Assembly (NCBI GenBank): GCA_002104945.1
Contig: MCFH01000064.1
Span: 62,001 to 126,000 of the forward strand
Origin: Piromyces finnis finn
Taxonomy: Eukaryota; Fungi; Neocallimastigomycota
Length of the DNA stretch: 64,000 nucleotides
Direction: 5' to 3'
The position numbers and the translations under genes are program-made. Below are positions 43,991-53,238 of this stretch, one piece after another. Positions within the stretch are counted from its first letter, which is position 1; each line of letters opens with the position of its first letter. Below the pieces are notes generated by a model that did no database searches, was not told the DNA's origin, and saw only the letters and a list, made by a program, of their open reading frames with translations.

Positions 43991-46004
43991 TTTGAGTATA
44001 TATTTGTATTTCAATTAAATTTTAAATTTATTTATTTTTACATTATTTCATTTGCATATTTTTTCGATTTTATTATTTTATTTATTCTTTTTATTTAAAA
44101 TAATATTATATTAATATTTTTTATTTTTATTTTATATATACGGTATATGTATTTTTTTTCAAAAAAGAAAAAAAAAAAAAAAAAAAAAATCAACATTTCA
44201 TTATTATTAAGTATAAATGTAAATGTAAATTTATAAAAAAAATATATATTTATTTTATTTAATTATAAATGCATTTTTTTTTTGTTTCTTTTGTATTTAA
44301 ATTTACATAATAATTATTTATATTAAATATTATTTTTTTTTTACCTTATTTATATAATTTAATTATCAGACAAATAAATAAATCTTTAGAATAATAAATG
44401 TATATATAATTTAAATATATCATACATATTAATAATAATGAATAATAATGATTATAATAATTGTATACTCTAATAAATATTGAAATATAAAATATTGAAT
44501 ATGTGTAACCTATAAAATAATAAATATTTCATAATTTCTGTATTATATTTAATTAATTAAAAAATTAGATTTTATAATTTATATATCAATAGAGTTTTAC
44601 AATAAATGTTTGTGTAACTATAAATTTCTGAACATTTTTTAATTTTATTTTAATTAAAAATATTTATGATGGTTTTTTTTTTTTGATTTATTTATCATAA
44701 GATTTTAAATAAAAAAAAAAAAGTCTAGAAAATTAGTTATAGTATTAAACTAAAATATAATTTAACATTTTTATAATTATTATTAACTATCTTCATTACT
44801 ATGATAAACATAATATAATTAATAATATTTTTTAATGAATAAATAAAATTATTATTTCTATTTTTTTTCTAATTTTGTTAATAAAAATAAAATTTTAATA
44901 ATGCAAATATATAAATAATAAAGTTACTTGAATCAAACACCGTCCGTTCATTTAAAATTAAGATATAAAACAAATAAACATATATATTGACAAAATATCT
45001 TATTGAATGAGAATTAATAAATTATTTCTTTTAAAAAAAGAATAAATAATAAAACTTTACATATAATGAAACATATATTATAAATATTTATATAAATAAA
45101 TAATTTTTAAAAATGTTTAATAAACTTTTAATTATTTTAATTTATTACTTTACCGCAATGTTTAGGAAAAATTTTTTTTTAAAAAATGTTGTTTCATAAA
45201 AAATTTAATAATACCATATTTGTTTATTCAATTAAACCTGATTTTTTAAGAGTTTATATAATTAAAGGTTATGCTAAATACAGTATTCTCAACTAATAAA
45301 ATTAATGTATAAATTATATACACGTCTTGTTTAAAGTAATCCAAGGTAGATTTTTAATGACTAAAAATTAAAACTAATATATATCATTGTATCATTAAAT
45401 AAAATTATTATTATAGTACTGATCTAATTTGTTTTACTGTTATTTTAGTAATACATTCTTAAACCCACCCACTAAACATTATCTATTACTTATAAATAAT
45501 ATAGAGTATGATTTTAACAAGAAGTTGTGCAATAATTATAATATAAGAATAATTTAAAAATATGTATATTTTAGTTTTACTCATGCAAAGTTCTTTATAT
45601 TTTATTTTATTTTATTTTATTTTATTTTTTTTTTTGTATTGTTATTGATTATTCTTCTTCCAGGGGAGGAATATAAATATTTTTCCACACACGTAATAAT
45701 AATTATATACATTTATATTAATTTTTATTGGATTGTTAGTACTAACATTCACTGAATTATTATTTAAAACAAAAAATTATTAAAATTTAAAGAATAATTA
45801 CAATTTTAAAAATGGTAAAACTACTATTTCTATTATTAATATCTTTATTTTTATTGCATTATAATTGTTAATTTACCATTATTAATGGAACTATTAAAGT
45901 ATTTTCTATTAAAGAATATTAATAATCAGGACAAGATAATTAAAATGCTTATTTTGAATATTATTAATACTAAAGAAAATTTAATTAAAAAGTGTTATAA
46001 TTGT

Positions 46005-46762
46005 AATAATTTTATTTGACTTCCAATGGGACAAAATTATGATCTCCATTGGTTGCCCTGGCTTGTTTTACTGTTTCTTTAGCATTGACGCTTTTGGTTG
46101 TTGTTTCAAACCTTTTGAACATTGATCATTACTGACCAATAACAAATTGAAGCAATGAAAAGATTATTCCTTAAGATGTATAAGATTATATATACGTCTG
46201 ATATAATTCTTATCTTTAATATAAAGGACTGGCATTATAATTAAAAATAAATTGAATATAAATATATACTAATAAATAATTATAAATATAACGTCTATGG
46301 GAAAATTTTGTACTATTTCTTTTCTTTAAAAAGTACTGGATAGTACAAAAAACTGCTTCAATGCTTTGATTAAAATTTCTTTTGAAATTCAAGTTGTAAA
46401 TTTTCTTTATAAATTCTAGTTTTGGTTTGTTGTTAGTAAATTCGATTCGTTTTTTGAAACTAAAATTATTTGACTTTACTTTTCATTAAATATTTAAATT
46501 GGTAAAATTTTGAATCAGGATTAAATGTCGACACCAGAAAGAATGTGAATAGTATTTTTATATAATGTAGAGTGAATTAATCTCTTAAAGGAAACAACTC
46601 AACAATAGCTACATGAATATAAAAATACAATATAAATGCTAAAGTTTACTATATTGAATTCTTACAGGAGAAGAGTACTACTACATGAATACATAAATAA
46701 AAAAAAAATACAGCAACAAGATGTATTAATCTTCTAATTAAATACTATACAAACTTACCTGA
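46005..46762 (-). mobile_element. Internally deleted older copy of the same LINE: 5' leader, first ~15 codons, then the last ~40 codons and the start of the 3' UTR
   Basis: 46190-46762 aligns to 51502-52081 with scattered substitutions. 46005-46150 aligns to the ORF end and 3' UTR at ~46975-47160 and contains in-frame stops. Confidence 0.88.
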
Positions 46763-46763
46763 A

Positions 46764-49700
46764 TTTTTTTTTTTTTTTTTTTTTTTTAACGGCATCAAAT
46801 ATTTTAAACTTTATTATTAATTTAATTAAAATTATAATACATGTAATATAAAAATTAAAATAAAATAAAAATAAAAAAAAATATGTTTAAATAAACACAA
46901 ATGAATAAAAATTGGGTATAATGTATTCTAGTAATTTTAATTAAAGTAAGAAAGCCACTATCATACTAAAGTATAATAATTGTATTTGACTTCCAATGGG
47001 ACACCGAGCCAAAGATCAAAATTTTGTCATGGAACAAAGTTATGATCTCCATTGGTTGCGCTGGCCCTCCTGGCCTGTTTTACTGTTTCTTCAGCATTGA
47101 CGCTCTTGGATGTTGCTTCAAACCTTTTGAACATTGTCCATTGCTGGCCAATAGCAAAAGGCATGATTTTGGTTAGAAGTTCCGCGGTTACCGTCAAGAA
47201 TGGTGTTCCTTCGTTAGTACCAGATTGAATCTGACACTTACAAAGTTCTTTCCATTCCCTTGAATTGTAATTAATATTGTTAAAACTTCTTCCCCCAAGA
47301 AGGAATTTAAATATTTTACTGCACACACTAGAATAATCATACACATTAATATTCACCGGATTATTAGAACTATTACTATCATTAACTAAATTACTATCTA
47401 AATTAGAATTATTATCTTCACTATTGTTATCATTACTAATATTATTATTTCTATTACTACTATTGTTATTATTACTATTGTTACTATTACTATTGTTATT
47501 ACTACTATTGTTACTATTACTATTAATGTTATTGCTATCTCTACTGATATTAACATTTTCATTATTATTGATAGGACTATTGGAATTACGTTGACTGAAA
47601 AAATTTAGTAGCTGGACTATGGAATCATAATGTTTAATACGGATATCTCTAAATGTTGGACAATCTAATAACCAATGTTTAATACTTTGAACACCACACT
47701 TGCAACATGGACAGTAGTTAGGACAAACTGGATCAACAAATTTAGCAGCTTTGGCAACTCTAGCATCCAACTTGTATCCGCTTCTTGCTTTCAATAGCCA
47801 GTAGAAGCCATAGGCAAACTCTAGGTACTCATAACATAATTTAATAAAATCTTTAGTTTCAATAAATTTATTATCATCATAATATTGCGCTTTGATTGAA
47901 TTCCCTTTGAGATCTTTCCAATAAAAGTTTTTAACTGCTTTAACATCTCCATGTTTCTTTAATTTTTTATCAAGTGTCCTACTTGATTTGCACCACGTGT
48001 ATTTTCTAAATTTAGGAATGTAATTGACAAGGTATGAGATAATACAATTTGAATTTTTCCATTTGTTAAAACATCTAACCTGAGCTAACGCACATTTGGC
48101 TGACAATGGAGGAATATTCAAATCTTTTGAGATAGAGTATAAAGATATAAACGATACAGCTTTATGAACTCCGGCAACCCATCGTATTCCTTTGTTAACA
48201 TGCTTCTGAGCAATTCTAGACCTGGCTTTGTTGGATCCAAGTAATGGTGCAAAGTATGAAACTCTGCTAATCACTTGTGAGTTAAGTACTAGCTTTTTGA
48301 AGGGAATAGGAATATTAGGATTTCTTAAGAATTTACTGACTGAAAAAAGTCCTTTCAAAACCTTGTTATTAAGAGCTTTAATTACTGGTTTAAGGGACAG
48401 ATTCTTATCAAATGGAACACCAAGATAAGTATAACAATCAGTAGTTGGAATGGGTTGTCCTGCTAAGTAAAATGTTGGATCTCTCTTGATCTGATTTTCT
48501 ATTGATTCAGGACGAATCACCATCGTTGAACATTTCTGGATACCAAATTCCATTTCATTATACAAGGCCCATTCATTAACTCTTCTTAGCATCTTTTTTA
48601 AGCATCCTCTTGTTGGAGCACAAATAACTATATCATCTGCAAAAAGTCCACCACAGCATCGAGTGTCACCTAAATTGACTCCAAGATCTTCGCACTCTTT
48701 AAATATATCATTAATAAAGAGATTAAAAAGAATAGGAGAAAGAGGGCATCCTTGACGGACTCCTTTCTTCACATCAAAAGATTTCGAGAATTGTCCATCT
48801 AATTTGACATTAGCCTTAGATGTTAAATATAAATTTTTGATAAATTGTAAACTCTTACCTCGGATTCCTAAACAATCTAATTTATGGAGAATATTGCCAA
48901 TTGGGACTGAATCGTATGCTTTCCTGAGATCTAAAAAGGCCAAATATGTCTCTTTATTATCTAATTGACGTCTACGGCATATTTCTTGGATTGAAATGAA
49001 AAGACTGATACTTTCTTCCTTTTTTCGAAAACCAAATTGTTCAGGTCTAATGAAATTATTCTTTAGACCATATTCTGAGATTCTAGTGGTGACAATTTTG
49101 GAAATCAACTTAATACCATTATTGATAAGTGATATACCTCGATAGTTATCACAATCTGTCAAATCTCCCTTCTTAGGAATAGAAACAATACTGGATTCAT
49201 TCCATGAGTTGGGAAAGTCTCCATCCCAAATACGGTTGAATAATTTAAGAATAAAATTTAAACCATGAGCATCATTATCAGAAGTGGTATTACCGGAAGA
49301 ATTATTATCTGTAGCATTATTAGAATCATTACTTGATGGAATTAATGCTTTGTAAAATTCAATTGGAATACCATCCGGACCTGATGCTTTATAATTTGGA
49401 GTAGAGAGGATAGCTGACTTGACTTCATCAATACTAATATCTTGGTTGATATCCCACTCATCAAGCATAGGAAGTGAAAAACGTTTATTCATTGGTTCTT
49501 CATACCAATGCTCCAAATCAAGACTTACACCACTTGGATCTGATGCAAGGTTTTCGAAATGATCATGCCACACTTCTAGTTGTTCTTCTGTAGCAACAAC
49601 TAATTCTCCATTTTTATTTTTAATTGGTTGAGCAATAAAGAAAGAATCTTTTCCAATTTTTGCAGTTTTCTTGATCCATTTCCAGGCCTTCTTAGGATTA

Positions 49701-52081
49701 TGACTCTTCATATACTCACATCCTGTTTTAATCCAATGAAGATATTCTTGCTTCCTAAATTCATTACATCTTTTGTGGATGTAATCAATGAGCTTACGGT
49801 AGATTTTAATTCTTTTAATAAATTCATCTATATCATAAATTCTTTCTTTTTTAAATCTCTTATACAACTTCATTTTGATTTTTTGAAGATTAAAAATTTG
49901 TTGTGAAATATGAAATGAAGACTTTATAACATTATTTGCTGAGGTAATACTGAGCTCGTCTGCAATTGAAAAAGCAGTTGAAGTAAATTCTTTGGAAAGT
50001 TCATCTGTAGAAACATTAGGATCGTTGAATTTTGCTGAAAGTATTTGGAATTTATTATAACTGAGAATAGATTTCTTTTCCTCAATACATTTTAATCTAT
50101 TCCATTTCAGAATTTTCTTAGGAACATTAAAGTCATTAGAAAAATCTTCCATAGGAATAATTTTACCATTAATAAGAAGTGGCTTATGGTTTGATACAGG
50201 ATAAAAATTATTTATAAATGATCCTGAGTGAATAAGATCTTTCATCTTCGAATTGATAAGAGCATGGTCAATGTCGGAAGATTGATCACCTCGAGTCCAA
50301 GAGATAGTCGACCCTATAAGCGGAAGAATTTCCCAATCTCCTAATCCATTAGTTGATAACCAGTTGGATAATTTTACTTTAGACATATTAAAATCACCAA
50401 CAAGAATCGATGGATGGGATGAATGAGTTTGTAACCACAAGCGAACTTCTAACTTTGCATGATCAACATAGATGTTGTGATGACTATGAGGCATATAAAC
50501 ATTTCCAATCGAGCATTTGAATCTATTCCAAAGACTAAAAGTATAAATAGAAATAATATACTTTCCAGAGAAGTTTTCAAGTGAAGCTTGACACGAATTG
50601 TGAAAACCTAAATATAAACCTCTCATTCCCGGAACTGATTCGTCAGCTTTCTTGAAAAAGTGTCTATAGTTTCGCAAAGTAACACGACAAGGATAATCTG
50701 TATTCGAACCAGAACCATTACCAGTTTCTTGGAAACATAAAAATAATGGTTTGAAAATAGCTGTGAAATAGCTAATACTATCTCTCTTTTCGTGATTCCA
50801 CCCATTGGTGTTCCAACTAAGACAAAAAGAAAAGTTATCAGGCTTGTTGGATGAGGAAGAATCGTTGCTATTATTATTATTATTATTAAAGTCATCGTTA
50901 TTAATGGATGATGCATCAGAGGAATAAGTAGAACTATTACTAGATGGCTGTGAAACTGAAGAACTATCAACTATTGAACTGTTATCAGAGTTGATAGAAC
51001 TATTAGAATTAATTGTTGAATGTTGAGATTGAAATTGTGTTTGCTGTAGATCTGGAATATTTTCATGATGGGAAACTTGTTGAAGATCTTGTTGAAGATC
51101 TTGTTGAAGATCGGATTGTTGATGAGATTGTTGAACTGATTGTTGAAATGAATGTTGAATAGAATGTTGATGTTTATTAGAAACTAAAATTTTACGTTTG
51201 AGAGTGGAAAAAGTGTATTTGTGATTCCTTCTACTACGAGCTGAAAAGGAAATTGAGGTAACTGAAAGTTTCTTCTTTAACATGTGTAAGATTTTAATAC
51301 AATCTTTTAATGAACCATGAACCTTGACTAAGAAAAAGTGATCATTGAAAGTTTGAAAATATTTAACACTAATAACTGAATTAAATTTATCTTCTAGAAT
51401 AACCTCGAGTTTTTCCCATAGCATATTTACTGACCATGATCGAATACCACGGATAAAGAAGGAGCGAATATCATCTAAGGGGATACCATAAGACCGGGTA
51501 CCACGTCTGATATAATTCTTATCTTTAATATAAAGGACTGACATGATAATAAATTCTAATTAAAAAATATTGAATATAAAATAAATACTAATAAAAATTA
51601 CAAATATAACGTATATGGAAAAAAATCTGTCTCTCTCTCTCTTCTTAAAAGTACTGGATAGTACAAAAATTGTTACGATGCTTTGTTTAAAGTTTCTTTT
51701 TTTTGAATTCTAGTTGTAAATTTTCTTTAAAAATTCTAGTTTTGGTTTGTTGTTAGTAAATTCGATTCGCTTTTTGACACTAAAATTGTTTGACTTTACT
51801 TTTCATTAAATATTTAAATTGGTAAAAAATTTGAATCAAGAATGTCGACACCAGAAAGCTTGTGAATAGTATTTTTACATGATGTAGAGTGAATCAGTCT
51901 CTTACAAGAAACAATACAACAATAGCTACATGAATATAAAAATACAATGCAAATGCTAAAGTTGACTACATTGGATTCTTACAAGAGAAGAGTAGTACTA
52001 CATGAATACATGAATAAAAGAAAAAAATACAGCAACAAAACGTATTACTCTTCTAATTAAATACTATACAAACTTACCTGA
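46764..52081 (-). mobile_element. Full-length non-LTR retrotransposon (APE-type LINE), single ORF, 3' UTR ending gatgccgtt-(A)24
   Basis: T24 tail at 46764-46787, ~240-nt 3' UTR, intact 1505-aa ORF, ~535-nt leader shared with a second copy. The exact 5' end is uncertain. Confidence 0.93.
47027..51544 (-). CDS. LINE polyprotein: N-terminal domain, Q/S/N linker, APE endonuclease, reverse transcriptase, CCHC knuckle
   Basis: Endonuclease: SWNTNG, FQETG, NVYMP, VGDFN, IDH, SNH. RT: GPDGIP, YRGISL, QFGFR, FLDLRKAYDSV, GVRQGCPLSPILFNLFI, FADD, YLG. C-terminal CPCCKCGVQSIKHWLLDC. No RNase H seen. Confidence 0.95.
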   Translation of the reverse strand: MSVLYIKDKNYIRRGTRSYGIPLDDIRSFFIRGIRSWSVNMLWEKLEVILEDKFNSVISVKYFQTFNDHFFLVKVHGSLKDCIKILHMLKKKLSVTSISFSARSRRNHKYTFSTLKRKILVSNKHQHSIQHSFQQSVQQSHQQSDLQQDLQQDLQQVSHHENIPDLQQTQFQSQHSTINSNSSINSDNSSIVDSSSVSQPSSNSSTYSSDASSINNDDFNNNNNNSNDSSSSNKPDNFSFCLSWNTNGWNHEKRDSISYFTAIFKPLFLCFQETGNGSGSNTDYPCRVTLRNYRHFFKKADESVPGMRGLYLGFHNSCQASLENFSGKYIISIYTFSLWNRFKCSIGNVYMPHSHHNIYVDHAKLEVRLWLQTHSSHPSILVGDFNMSKVKLSNWLSTNGLGDWEILPLIGSTISWTRGDQSSDIDHALINSKMKDLIHSGSFINNFYPVSNHKPLLINGKIIPMEDFSNDFNVPKKILKWNRLKCIEEKKSILSYNKFQILSAKFNDPNVSTDELSKEFTSTAFSIADELSITSANNVIKSSFHISQQIFNLQKIKMKLYKRFKKERIYDIDEFIKRIKIYRKLIDYIHKRCNEFRKQEYLHWIKTGCEYMKSHNPKKAWKWIKKTAKIGKDSFFIAQPIKNKNGELVVATEEQLEVWHDHFENLASDPSGVSLDLEHWYEEPMNKRFSLPMLDEWDINQDISIDEVKSAILSTPNYKASGPDGIPIEFYKALIPSSNDSNNATDNNSSGNTTSDNDAHGLNFILKLFNRIWDGDFPNSWNESSIVSIPKKGDLTDCDNYRGISLINNGIKLISKIVTTRISEYGLKNNFIRPEQFGFRKKEESISLFISIQEICRRRQLDNKETYLAFLDLRKAYDSVPIGNILHKLDCLGIRGKSLQFIKNLYLTSKANVKLDGQFSKSFDVKKGVRQGCPLSPILFNLFINDIFKECEDLGVNLGDTRCCGGLFADDIVICAPTRGCLKKMLRRVNEWALYNEMEFGIQKCSTMVIRPESIENQIKRDPTFYLAGQPIPTTDCYTYLGVPFDKNLSLKPVIKALNNKVLKGLFSVSKFLRNPNIPIPFKKLVLNSQVISRVSYFAPLLGSNKARSRIAQKHVNKGIRWVAGVHKAVSFISLYSISKDLNIPPLSAKCALAQVRCFNKWKNSNCIISYLVNYIPKFRKYTWCKSSRTLDKKLKKHGDVKAVKNFYWKDLKGNSIKAQYYDDNKFIETKDFIKLCYEYLEFAYGFYWLLKARSGYKLDARVAKAAKFVDPVCPNYCPCCKCGVQSIKHWLLDCPTFRDIRIKHYDSIVQLLNFFSQRNSNSPINNNENVNISRDSNNINSNSNNSSNNNSNSNNSNNNNSSNRNNNISNDNNSEDNNSNLDSNLVNDSNSSNNPVNINVYDYSSVCSKIFKFLLGGRSFNNINYNSREWKELCKCQIQSGTNEGTPFLTVTAELLTKIMPFAIGQQWTMFKRFEATSKSVNAEETVKQARRASATNGDHNFVP

Positions 52082-52134
52082 GTATCAAACATTCAACTTA
52101 TTCATAAAATACTTAAATTCAATGGACAAATAAT

Positions 52135-52143
52135 TTTTAATCG

Positions 52144-52196
<53 letters not shown>

Positions 52197-52212
52197 AACG
52201 TTTTAATCGCTT
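52135..52212 (-). mobile_element. Poly(A)-only retro-insertion with 12-bp target-site duplication
   Basis: ttttaatcgctt at 52135-52146 and 52201-52212 flank a T51 run (52145-52195) plus gaacg. Confidence 0.8.
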
Positions 52213-52337
52213 AGTACCATAAACTTAGTCCTTATTTTTTTTTCCTATAAAGACTAACCATACATCCATTACGCAATAATTGAATTTATTTCTACTCACT
52301 CAGTACCATAAGCATGAGTAGAATAAATTATCTGCAA

Positions 52338-52737
52338 TTTTTTTTTTTTTTTTTTTTTTTTAACGGCATCAAATATTTTAAACTTTATTATTAATTTAAT
52401 TAAAATTATAATACATGTAATAAAAAAATTAAATATAAAAATAACAAAAATATGTTTAAATAAATACAAATGAATAAAAATTGGGTATAATGTATTCTAG
52501 TAATTTTAATTAAAGTAAGAAAGCCACTATCATACTAAAGTATAATAATTGTATTTGACTTCCAATGGGACACCGAGCCAAAGATCAAAATTTTGTCATG
52601 GAACAAAATTATGATCTCCATTGGTTGCGCTTGCCCTCCTGGACTGTCTTACTGTTTCTTCAGCATTGACGCTCTTGGATGTTGCTTCAAACCTTTTGAA
52701 CATTGACCATTGCTGGCCAATAGCAAAAGGCATGATT
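52338..52737 (-). mobile_element. 5'-truncated young copy of the LINE with 14-bp target-site duplication
   Basis: Nearly identical to 46764-47170, with a poly-T tail. taaattatctgcaa occurs at 52324-52337 and 52738-52751. Confidence 0.93.
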
Positions 52738-53238
52738 TAAATTATCTGCAAGTCACAAAAAAATATTTTTTGAAAGTTTCGAACTGGACGACGATAATTC
52801 TAATACTAAATTATCAACACTTTACTTTTTTAAAAGTATTATTAAAAAATATAAAATATATAATATTTTTTATTTTTTTTTTTTTTTTTTTTTTTTTATA
52901 AAGAATGTTTATACGAATATATATTTTTAATTTATTATTTTTATAACTTTTTATTTTTTATTTATTTCTAGTTTATATTAATTAATAATTTATATTTATG
53001 AATATTTATAATATTAAAATATAATAAATCTATATTACTAAATTCTATAATTATATATATATATTCTATATATATATATTTTTTTTATTTGTTAATTATT
53101 TTTTCTAATTGGTTATTTAAATATTACAATATATAAATATATATATTTTTTTGTTATATCTTTTTTTTTTTTGTTTATATATTTTAATAAAAAAAAATTA
53201 TTTATAGTATATTAACAATAAATTTTATTTATCTATTA

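Noticed and set aside
52066-52140. AAACTTACCTG resembling the 5' end of U1 snRNA (also at 46751)
   Set aside because: The following sequence is AT-rich with no U1 stem-loops or Sm site. It is simply the reverse complement of a splice donor.
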